Shown here piece by piece: positions 1 to 7,067 of a DNA stretch of 32,000 bases. Position numbers and translations under genes: made by a program. Origin of the DNA: Horticoccus luteus (GTDB lineage Bacteria > Verrucomicrobiota > Verrucomicrobiia > Opitutales > Opitutaceae); assembly GCF_019464535.1 (NCBI RefSeq), contig NZ_CP080507.1:570001-602000 (forward strand), in the 5' to 3' direction. Position 1 is the first letter of the stretch; each line of letters opens with the position of its first letter. The notes under the pieces are model-generated. The model was given only the letters and a program-made list of their open reading frames with translations, searched no databases and was not told the origin of the DNA.

Positions 1-1072
1 TGAGGATTTCGTCGGCGGGATCGAGGTGCAGCGTTTTGGCTTTGTCGTCCCAGAAATGCGTGAGCCACGCGGCAAAGTTGGCGGCCAGCACTTGGGTGGC
101 GTGATATGCAACGGTGCCTTCGAGGTTGGGATTGCCGATGATCGTGACGCCGTTCGCCGTGACGACGTCTTCGCCGGAGCGCGAACCTTCGACGTTGCCA
201 CCGCTTTCCACCGCGAGGTCGACGACGACGCTGCCGGGTTTCATGCCGTCGAGCATCGCTTGGGTGACGACGCGGGGCGCCTTGCGACCGAAAAGTTTGG
301 CGGTGGTGATGACGATGTCGGACTGGGCGCAAATCTTGGCCATGCCGGCCTGTTGTTTCGCAATCTGCTCGGGGGTGAGCGCCTGGGCGTAGCCGCCCGC
401 GGTCTGACCGGTTTGGCCGAGGTCGATTTTTACGAATTTCGCGCCAAGCGAGCGGACCTGTTCTTCAACGACGGGGCGCGTGTCGAAAGCGTCGATGCGC
501 GCGCCGAGGCGCTTGGCAGTGGCGATGGCCTGGAGGCCGGCGACACCGGCACCGATTACGAAGACGCGCGCGGGCATGATGGTGCCGGCGGGCGTCATCA
601 TCATGGGGAGCGCCATTTTCAGGCGTTGCGCGGCTTCGATCACGGCGGCGTAGCCCGCGAGGCTGGCCTGAGAACTGAGCGCATCCATTTTCTGCGCGAG
701 CGTGGTGCGCGGGATCATTTCGAGACTGACCGCGCTGATGCCGGCGGCGGCGAACGCGGCGATCAGGTCGGGCTCGTTGAACGGATCGAGAAAGCTGACG
801 TGGAGCGCGCCACGTTTCATGCGGCGGATTTCGTCGAGCGAAGGTTTGCGCACGCGGAGCACGATATCGGCGGCGGCGAGCTCGGCGGCGTCGTTGTTCG
901 TGAGCGTGACGCCAGCGGCAGTGTAATCGGCGTCGGGATAGTTGCTCGCGCGGCCGAGACCAGCTTGGGCGTGGAGTTCGAGCCCCAGCTTGCCAAGCGC
1001 TTGAGCGGTGGCAGGCGTAAGGGCGGCGCGGGTTTCGCGGCCGGCATTTTCGGCGGGGACGTAGCAAATCAT
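1..1072 (-). CDS. pntA: NAD(P) transhydrogenase alpha subunit, NAD(H)-binding dI part (PntAA-like); the C-terminus runs off the window start
   Basis: The ORF is absent from the track because it is open at the window edge. My minus-strand translation from the ATG at 1072-1070 reads MICYVPAENAGRETRAALTPATAQALGKLGLELHAQAGLG...MMMTPAGTIMPARVFVIGAGVAGLQAIATAKRLGARIDAFDTRPVVEEQVRSLGAKF...GSVVVDLAVESGGNVEGS...NPNLEGTVAYHATQVLAANF. It has a Rossmann GxGxxG motif and is colinear with E. coli PntA as I recall it. The + ORF 26..1318 is its antisense shadow. Confidence 0.9.
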   Translation of the reverse strand, partial: MICYVPAENAGRETRAALTPATAQALGKLGLELHAQAGLGRASNYPDADYTAAGVTLTNNDAAELAAADIVLRVRKPSLDEIRRMKRGALHVSFLDPFNEPDLIAAFAAAGISAVSLEMIPRTTLAQKMDALSSQASLAGYAAVIEAAQRLKMALPMMMTPAGTIMPARVFVIGAGVAGLQAIATAKRLGARIDAFDTRPVVEEQVRSLGAKFVKIDLGQTGQTAGGYAQALTPEQIAKQQAGMAKICAQSDIVITTAKLFGRKAPRVVTQAMLDGMKPGSVVVDLAVESGGNVEGSRSGEDVVTANGVTIIGNPNLEGTVAYHATQVLAANFAAWLTHFWDDKAKTLHLDPADEIL

Positions 1073-1229
1073 AAGCAAAGGAGGCTGCGCCGTGGCGGCG
1101 TGCCACGAAAGTGTCGAGCGTTCCGCGGCGCGACAATGCCGAAGTCGCCGTTTCCCTGCCAAATGTGCGAGTTGGGCGCGTTCTTTATAGACCACGACGT
1201 GGCGCCGCGGGCGATTCGACGCGCGAACC

Positions 1230-1700
1230 TTAGTGCGGCGTGGGAAACTGCGCGCGCACAATGCGCATCGCGGCGCGGTGCAGGCCGGCCGCGCCAGCAC
1301 AGGCCTTCCTTCAAATGACAAACGATGTCCGCATCGAAGAGGGAAAACATCACGCCCATGACACACGCATCCGTATCCAGGCTGCATACCGTGACGCGCT
1401 GGATCTTGCGCGCGGGCAAACGACGCAGGTGCGCCAGGGGCACTCCGTATGTTGCTTTGACGAAGATCAAATCATGCGGCTCGGGGACGAGGAGGAGATC
1501 GGTGTCGGCGTGCCGGGCGCGCAGCTTTGTCTGCTGGCAATGGCGGATTGCGGCATCGGTGGATTCCTGTGGGGAAGAGTGTGTGGGACGGCGGACGCTG
1601 CAGCTGCATCGCCGCGAGACCGCGGGAGGCGCGGCACCCGGTCGCGGTTGACTTGTCGGTGGAGGTCGAACCGTGCCACGGCAAAGCGCAGCGATAATGA
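1230..1700 (-). pseudogene. Isochorismatase / cysteine-hydrolase family remnant, apparently disrupted by frameshifts
   Basis: The middle of ORF 1069..1737(-) reads ...DLLLVPEPHDLIFVKATYGVPLAHLRRLPARKIQRVTVCSLDTDACVMGVMFSLFDADIVCHLKE. This matches the family pattern (P..D.vi.K..ysaF....L...gi..l.v.G..TD.CV......a.d.G..V.v..Da). A family-like C-terminus, ACAGAAGLHRAAMRIVRAQFPTPH*, appears only in another minus-strand frame after about 1301-1313 and stops at 1232-1230. The N-terminal half in the ORF frame is Arg/Pro-rich junk. Boundaries are approximate. Confidence 0.4.
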
Positions 1701-2225
1701 TCTGAGCACGACTCTCGACGGGTTGGGGGCGCGGCAAACGTTACGCTCGGTTGTGGTCCTGCAGGATCGCCCGCAGACCGATGAACCCTGCGAATTATTT
1801 TCCTCGCGTGCAGATGCGAACCTCATGCAAGCGGCCGGAAAGAAAAGGTCACGGCGTTCTCCTCCGGGTCGACGGCCGGCGTGTGGAGTCGGACGGCAGT
1901 CAGATAGAGGCTCCATCAAGCGTGAAACCGACGCGGCGGAGCACCGCGTAGTAACCAAAGAGAACTACTGTCGGGAGTTCGACCAACTGTTCGAAATTCC
2001 ATAGCTCGCAGCCGATAGTATGCTCGGCCTGAGCCGCGATCTTCTCGCTGCGTCGCTCAAGATCTACCTTTCAACCCACCTTGGCAGTAAACTTGTTGTC
2101 CGGTGCCTAAAAGTGTGGACGCCCTATACGCGCGGAGGGAGAGCCAGAACCGCTAACGTTGTGCGGCTGAGCTCACGCGCGACGTTTGGCCGCGGACGTC
2201 GGAGACCTGACGAGCCTCGCCGCCG

Positions 2226-3044
2226 TCAGCGGGCGGTCGGCGGGGTGGGGCGGCGGTGGGCGAGGCGCTCACTGCCGGCTTCCAATTTCGCGCGCTCGGC
2301 GGCGGTCAGACTCGCCATGCCGCTCCGGGCGATCTTGTCGAGCACCGCATCGAGCTCTTCCTGTGCCGTGTCGCGTGGCGGGGGCGTGGGCGTCACCGGG
2401 CGCGGCCGGGTGGCGCGGGGGCGAAAGCGCGGCAGTTGGAGACGCCCTTGCTGGTAGCGCATGAAGCCGAAGGCGAAGGCACTCGTGGCCCACAACGACG
2501 CGAGCGCGGCAACCTGATGATTCGCGAGGAAGATGAGGGTGTAGATGCCCAAGAGAACCGCGGCGGCGACTTTCGCGGACACGTTGAAGATGAGAAGCGC
2601 GTTGGGATAGAGCGTGGCGAAGGCGACGAACACGCCGAAGGCGCCGGTCTCGCCGAAGAAAACGAGCGGCGTCAGGAGGCCGAATAGCGTGAGGACCAGC
2701 GGTGTGACGAGATAGAGGCCGGCGAAGAGCAGGAGGAAGATGTTGCGCCCGAAGAAGCGTTCCACCTCGCGGCCGAACCACACGATCATCGCCATATCGA
2801 TGACGAACCACAGGCTGGGCGGGTTGTGCAGTCCGTAGGTCGCTACGCGCCAGACTTGGCCGCGCAAAACTGCGGTGCTGTTGAAATCGAGCCACGCGAG
2901 GGGAGCGGCGCGGTTGACCGCCATCATCACGGTGGTGACGAGGAGCGAGGCAACGAAGACGAGCACCACGAACACGGCGGCGTGAATGGCGCGTCCGCCC
3001 AGCCAGAGGACGGGTTGCTGTTCTTCTGATGAATAAAATTCCAT
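2226..3044 (-). CDS. Rhomboid-family polytopic membrane protein with substituted catalytic motifs, plus a C-terminal soluble helical tail
   Basis: 272-aa ORF with about 6 hydrophobic helices. It carries a rhomboid WR motif (QVWRVATYG) and a TM4 motif GETGAFG in place of GxSG. A His is retained in TM6 (FLANHQVAAL). The tail DAVLDKIARSGMASLTAAERAKLEAG resembles the short C-terminal domain I recall on Bacteroidota-type rhomboids (DUF6576-like). Confidence 0.85.
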   Translation of the reverse strand: MEFYSSEEQQPVLWLGGRAIHAAVFVVLVFVASLLVTTVMMAVNRAAPLAWLDFNSTAVLRGQVWRVATYGLHNPPSLWFVIDMAMIVWFGREVERFFGRNIFLLLFAGLYLVTPLVLTLFGLLTPLVFFGETGAFGVFVAFATLYPNALLIFNVSAKVAAAVLLGIYTLIFLANHQVAALASLWATSAFAFGFMRYQQGRLQLPRFRPRATRPRPVTPTPPPRDTAQEELDAVLDKIARSGMASLTAAERAKLEAGSERLAHRRPTPPTAR

Positions 3045-3271
3045 GACGCGGACGCGGGGCGGATGACGGAGGCTACAATGACGAATGATGGATGCGCGAG
3101 GGCGGAGACTGCAACTGACGGACGACGAATAACGAATGCAGGGGAGCGAAGGTGCTGACAGGCGGGGAGAATATTCGTTCGGCGTGGAGCGGGGAACAGG
3201 CGAAGTGTTTTAGGGATTCGCTGCCACCTCGTGCGGTCCGGCGGGCGGGCGAAAGTCGCCAGACACAGCAA

Positions 3272-3298
3272 CGCCCGGCGGGGAAATCCAGCCGGGCG
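3272..3298 (-). terminator. Candidate intrinsic terminator hairpin downstream of the coiled-coil gene
   Basis: On the minus strand, CGCCCGGC-(11 nt loop)-GCCGGGCG forms a perfect 8-bp GC stem (plus-strand arms at 3272-3279 and 3291-3298). It is followed by TTGCTGTGTCTGG, which is only a modest U tract. It lies 37 nt after the stop at 3335. Confidence 0.35.
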
Positions 3299-3334
3299 CG
3301 CGAGGTGAGCAGAGCGGCGCGGGGCGCCAGCTGC

Positions 3335-3955
3335 TTAGTCCCACCAGTGTTTCTTCTTCGGAGCTGCGTCTTTCTGCGAGCCGGCCACCTGCGTCTGGGC
3401 GGCTTCGAGTTTCGCCTGGAGGTCGGCGATCTGCGCCTTGGCGTCGTCGGCTTCCTTGCGCATGGCGACGGAGGCATCCTTGGCCTTGTTCAATTCGGCT
3501 TGGAGGCGGTCGACGGTGGTCTGGGCGTCTTTGGCCTGGGCTTCAAGCGTGGCGCGCGCCTGCTCGGACTGGGCGGAGTTTTGATCCAACTGCGTTTTCA
3601 GTTCGGCGGACTGCGTTTTGAACTGCTTGAGTTGTTTTTGCGCCTCCGTGACGGCGTCGTTGGCGGCGGCGACCTGGGTCTCGAGTTTGGCGGAAGAGGA
3701 TTTCGCGTCTTCGAGCTGCTTTTGGGAATCGACGGATTCCTTTTGAGCGGCGGACAACTTTTGCTGCAGGTCGGCGGCGGCGGAGCGTTGCTCCTCGAGC
3801 TGGGCCTGGGTTTGGGTGATCGACGCTTTCGCGTCCCGGGCTTGATTCCAAAAAATCACCGCGGCGATAATGGCGGCGATGGCCACGAGGCCGAGCAGGA
3901 CGGATCCCACCGCAGCCCCGGTATTGGGCGCACGAAGCGCAGGGGTTTGGTTCAT
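3335..3955 (-). CDS. Membrane-anchored coiled-coil protein (hypothetical)
   Basis: 206-aa ORF. It has one N-terminal TM helix (AAVGSVLLGLVAIAAIIAAVIFW) followed by about 160 aa of Q/A/K/E/L-rich heptad-like sequence (QAQLEEQRSAAADLQQKLSAAQKE...AELKTQLDQN...ADLQAKLEAAQTQ). The tail is basic (KKKHWWD). GC3 is high. Confidence 0.8.
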   Translation of the reverse strand: MNQTPALRAPNTGAAVGSVLLGLVAIAAIIAAVIFWNQARDAKASITQTQAQLEEQRSAAADLQQKLSAAQKESVDSQKQLEDAKSSSAKLETQVAAANDAVTEAQKQLKQFKTQSAELKTQLDQNSAQSEQARATLEAQAKDAQTTVDRLQAELNKAKDASVAMRKEADDAKAQIADLQAKLEAAQTQVAGSQKDAAPKKKHWWD

Positions 3956-4067
3956 AGCACCTTAATGTAGCGGCAAACGGGCAAAGGTTCACTCGGGGCG
4001 AAAGTTTAAGCGGGGAAGGAGGGCGATTGCTTGCCCGGAAACAGGGGGGCGACAGTGAGGAAGGCCC

Positions 4068-4988
4068 ATGGCGCGGTCGCTTTGCCCTCGCTTGGCGATG
4101 AGCGGCCCGCCAAGTTCGCCGTCCCAGCTTCGCGTGAATCAGGAAACCGTCACCTATCTGACGAACATCGTCATCGGCGTCATTCTCGGCGCGTTGGCGA
4201 CGAATTATTGGCGCCAGCGGCGCTACGCTCCGGTGCTGACCGCGTGGGTGGTGGCGGCGTGGGTGCTGACGGCGGCGGATATTCTATTCGCCGCGCGGCA
4301 GGTGATGAGCCCGGGCGTGGGGCGGCTGCTGCCGACGTTGTGCGTGACGCTGGGGCATGCGGTGCTGTTCATCGGCGCGCAAAAAACCGCGGGGCGGACG
4401 ACGGCGTGGCCGTTGCTGGCGGGAGTGATGCTGGCGCATGCGGCGGGGTTGATCGCGTTTCTCGTATCTTTCGAAGCCTCCAGCAACTTTCGCATGGCGT
4501 TTAACGGCCTGATCTGGGGCGGGCTCTCGGTGGCGTGCGGGTTGAGCTTACGGCGCAGTCCGGGCTATTTCTGGCGTCCCGCGTTCGCGCCGGCGCAGGT
4601 GTTTTTTGCGCATGCGGGTTTTCATGCGGCGCGGGTGCTGCTGGCGGTGCTGGCGGCGCATTTCGAATGGCCGCGGACGTTGCTGGTGCTGCAGGTGGCA
4701 GGTGACTTGGAAGTGAGCTTCTTCATGGTCGCGCTCTTCGTCGGTCTTTTGGTGGCGAACTTGCAAGTGCAGCATGAGGAGCTGATGCGAACCCGCGCGG
4801 AAGTGGACGCGCTGTCGGGGCTGCTGCCGATCTGCGCGTGGTGCAAAAAAATCCGCGACGACGAGGGTTACTGGCAGCAGGTGGAGAGTTATTTCGGGCG
4901 GCGCAGCGGGGTGCGTTTTACGCACGGGGTCTGCCTCGATTGCATGGGAAAAGTGGCCGACGACGTGCCCGGAAAACCGGTGGCGTAA
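4068..4988 (+). CDS. Multi-pass (about 6-7 TM) membrane protein with a short coiled coil and a C-terminal 4-Cys CxxC...CxxC module
   Basis: 306-aa ORF. An AGGAAGG Shine-Dalgarno-like element sits 4-5 nt before the ATG at 4068. Hydrophobic helices run through about residue 235, followed by LQVQHEELMRTRAEVDALSG and then LLPICAWCKKIRDDEGYWQQVESYFGRRSGVRFTHGVCLDCMGKV. Confidence 0.85.
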   Translation: MARSLCPRLAMSGPPSSPSQLRVNQETVTYLTNIVIGVILGALATNYWRQRRYAPVLTAWVVAAWVLTAADILFAARQVMSPGVGRLLPTLCVTLGHAVLFIGAQKTAGRTTAWPLLAGVMLAHAAGLIAFLVSFEASSNFRMAFNGLIWGGLSVACGLSLRRSPGYFWRPAFAPAQVFFAHAGFHAARVLLAVLAAHFEWPRTLLVLQVAGDLEVSFFMVALFVGLLVANLQVQHEELMRTRAEVDALSGLLPICAWCKKIRDDEGYWQQVESYFGRRSGVRFTHGVCLDCMGKVADDVPGKPVA

Positions 4989-5021
4989 AGCAACCTCGCA
5001 CGCCGGCGGGCGCGAGCGACG

Positions 5022-5300
5022 TCAGCGGCTCTGCGGGCCGATCGGTCGTCGGCGGGCACGGCGTCGTGCGAGCCACCAAGCGAGCAACGACGCGGCCGCG
5101 CCGGCCACGGCCAGACTCACGAGCGGCGCAACACGAGCGTCCGTCGGGGCACCGCAGAAAGAGCGGCGTGGCCACAGGGCGCTGCCCAAGCCCGCATACG
5201 CGAGCACGCAGAGCAGGCACTTTGGCGTCAGCGCCAACAGCGCGGCGGAGAGGCTCCAGCCGCAGGCGCGGCGGAGCGTCTCACGTTGCGGACGAAGCAT
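5022..5300 (-). CDS. Possible small (92 aa) two-helix membrane protein with an intramembrane CxxC
   Basis: This is an internal ATG (5300-5298) of track ORF 5022..5912(-): MLRPQRETLRRACGWSLSAALLALTPKCLLCVLAYAGLGSALWPRRSFCGAPTDARVAPLVSLAVAGAAASLLAWWLARRRARRRPIGPQSR. It has two hydrophobic segments and GC3 near 80% by my count. It overlaps the DUF899 3' end by 20 nt on the same strand. I recognise no homology. Confidence 0.4.
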   Translation of the reverse strand: MLRPQRETLRRACGWSLSAALLALTPKCLLCVLAYAGLGSALWPRRSFCGAPTDARVAPLVSLAVAGAAASLLAWWLARRRARRRPIGPQSR

Positions 5301-6003
5301 GTTCGTAGCGGTCGTGATAACGGATCCACGCCGAGGCGTATTCGAGGGCGTCTTCGTCGCGGCCCTTCGGCACGAGGTCGAGCAGCGCGTAGGTGCCCAT
5401 GATGACTTCCACTCCGCGGCCGTAGGTCGAATAGGTGTGATAGAGCGCGCCGGCGTCGTCCCGCGCGAATACGCTGATGCCCGGTGCCTCGGAGTGCGGA
5501 AACGGGCGGCGGGTATAGTTGTAATCGACGGCGCCGGTCGCCATTTCGTCCGGCCGGAAGGAGACGTGGAAGTCGAAGTTGAAATCGGAACCGGCGGAGG
5601 ACACCCAGTTGACCGGCCAGCCGAGGCGTTGCTGGAAAGGCAGGATCTCCGCCATTGGAGCGCGCGAGACGGCGGCGAACGCGACGTCGCGCGCGGCGAG
5701 GTGCGCGACGGTGGGCGCGAAGTGATCGAGCATGAACGAACAGTTCGGGCAGCCCTCCTCCCAGCCGGGACCGAACATGAAATGTTGGACAATGAGCTGC
5801 GAGCGGCCGGCGAAAAGATCGGCGAGCGAGACGCGACCGGACGGCGCGTCGAATGTATAGGATTTGGTGAGCTGCACCCAAGGAAGAGCGCGGCGGGCGC
5901 GGCTGAGATCATCCCGCGCGCGAGTGAATTCCTTTTCGCGGGCGAGCAATTCGCGGCGGGCGGCGAGCCAGTGGGCGGGCGTGGCGAGAGCAGGCGTGTG
6001 CAT
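5281..6003 (-). CDS. DUF899 family thioredoxin-like protein
   Basis: 240-aa ORF: ...WLAARRELLAREKEFTRARDDLSRARRALPWVQLTKSYTFD...LIVQHFMFGPGWEEGCPNCSFMLDHF...GISVFARDD.GALYHTYSTYGRGVE. This is the typical DUF899 pattern, including the CPxC motif. Confidence 0.9.
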   Translation of the reverse strand: MHTPALATPAHWLAARRELLAREKEFTRARDDLSRARRALPWVQLTKSYTFDAPSGRVSLADLFAGRSQLIVQHFMFGPGWEEGCPNCSFMLDHFAPTVAHLAARDVAFAAVSRAPMAEILPFQQRLGWPVNWVSSAGSDFNFDFHVSFRPDEMATGAVDYNYTRRPFPHSEAPGISVFARDDAGALYHTYSTYGRGVEVIMGTYALLDLVPKGRDEDALEYASAWIRYHDRYEHASSAT

Positions 6004-6016
6004 GGGAGGAGCGGGC

Positions 6017-6580
6017 TCAGACGGAGGGCGGCGGGGTGTCGGTGGCGGCGGCGAATTGCGCGTTGTAGAATTCTTTCAGGCGAAGGTGGTTGGCCCAGAA
6101 CGCGGGCGGTGGAGTGCCTTCGAGCAACGCGAGCAGGAGATCGAGGTGGCTGTGCCAGCCGCTCGCGTAGCCGGGCACGGCAGGGAGGTCGACGCCGCGG
6201 CTGCGGTGCGTGAGGACGAGGAGGACGCGTTCACCCTGCGGCGTGAGTTCGAAGGTGACGTCGGAATCCTCGTCGAAGGTGTAACTCAACACGCGCGGCG
6301 GCTCCCAGCGCAGGATGGTCGCGGGCATGGTGAAGCCGGACTCGTGCACCGCTTTGTATTGCTCGGGGGGCGTTTCGCCGGGGGCGATTTTTTTATGGTG
6401 GAACGCGAGTTCCACTTTGCCGCCGACGCGCGGTTCCATCGGGCCGCCGGCGAACCAGCGGGCGCGTTTCGCGGGGTCGGTGAGAAAATCCCACACGCGC
6501 TCGAGGGGACCGGGGAGCGTGCGGACGAGGCGGACTTCGCCGGGAGCGGTGAAGCGGGCGGGTTGTTCGTTGAGGTTCAT
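6017..6580 (-). CDS. SRPBCC superfamily protein, AHSA1 (activator of Hsp90 ATPase homolog 1-like) type
   Basis: 187-aa ORF: VRLVRTLPGPLERVWDFLTDPAKRARWFAGG...GGKVELAF... It shares a 4-nt ATGA start/stop overlap with the upstream ArsR gene (6577-6580), which is the common ArsR-AHSA1 pairing. Confidence 0.9.
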   Translation of the reverse strand: MNLNEQPARFTAPGEVRLVRTLPGPLERVWDFLTDPAKRARWFAGGPMEPRVGGKVELAFHHKKIAPGETPPEQYKAVHESGFTMPATILRWEPPRVLSYTFDEDSDVTFELTPQGERVLLVLTHRSRGVDLPAVPGYASGWHSHLDLLLALLEGTPPPAFWANHLRLKEFYNAQFAAATDTPPPSV

Positions 6581-6906
6581 AAAGATTTCTTTTTGCGGGC
6601 TTTGGCCTCGTCGGCGCGGAGCTCGCGTTCGAGGGCATCGAGGCGGGTCGACCAGAAGGTGCGGGTTTTTTCGAGCCAGGCTTCGAGTTCGCCGAGTCCG
6701 TCGGGGTTGAGCATTTGCACGCGGGACTGGCCTTCAATGCGCGTGGTGATCAGGCCGGCGGCGCGGAGCACATTGAGGTGCTGGGAAATCGCCGGCGCAC
6801 TGAGGTCGAACTCCTGCACGAGTTCGCCGGAGGTGCGTTCGCGTTGGGCGAGCAGTTCGACAATGCGCCGGCGCGTGGGATCGGCGATGGCAGCGAGGCT
6901 TTCCAT
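6577..6906 (-). CDS. ArsR/SmtB family transcriptional regulator (winged HTH)
   Basis: 109-aa ORF: LAAIADPTRRRIVELLAQRERTSGELVQEFDLSAPAISQHLNVLRAAGLITTRIEGQSRV. This is the canonical ArsR HTH signature. Confidence 0.92.
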   Translation of the reverse strand: MESLAAIADPTRRRIVELLAQRERTSGELVQEFDLSAPAISQHLNVLRAAGLITTRIEGQSRVQMLNPDGLGELEAWLEKTRTFWSTRLDALERELRADEAKARKKKSL

Positions 6907-6916
6907 GCAAGATATG

Positions 6917-6938
6917 ATTAAGGGAGAACTTAATTAAG
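6917..6938. promoter_or_regulatory. Candidate ArsR operator: ATTAAG / CTTAAT half-sites, including a perfect 10-bp palindrome CTTAATTAAG
   Basis: The site is ATTAAGggagaaCTTAATTAAG, located 11-32 nt upstream of the ArsR ATG in an AT-rich patch of the 161-bp divergent intergenic region. Such AT-rich symmetry is rare in this GC-rich window. Confidence 0.35.
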
Positions 6939-7067
6939 CAATGGAAAAATAAAGAAAGGGTGGACCGGGTCGCGGGCGGGCGTTGGCAGGCATTTCGCGC
7001 GCGGGAAACATCGACGTATTTAACGGCTGGTCCTTGGGCGCGGGACGCGTATTCACCGAGGCACGGT

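Noticed and set aside
1069-1737. 222-aa ORF whose stop overlaps the pntA start as ATGA, which suggested an intact translationally coupled upstream gene.
   Set aside because: Only the central approximately 65 aa look like a real (isochorismatase-type) protein. The N-terminal approximately 80 aa and C-terminal approximately 75 aa are Arg/Pro/Ser-rich, and the family-like C-terminus lies in another frame. I treat it as a pseudogene relic and the ATGA overlap as coincidental.
2020-2457. 145-aa + ORF starting in the low-GC patch and running antisense into the rhomboid-like gene.
   Set aside because: Most of it is Arg/Gly-rich antisense shadow of the rhomboid-like gene's 3' end. The first approximately 40 aa are antisense to the startless relic fragment.
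6960-7067. GTG-initiated 36-codon N-terminal extension of the large glycosidase-like ORF (the track start).
   Set aside because: The extension (VDRVAGGRWQAFRARETSTYLTAGPWARDAYSPRHG) has lower GC3 (about 67% by my count) and no signal-peptide or domain character. The ATG at 7068 is preferred, but the choice remains uncertain.
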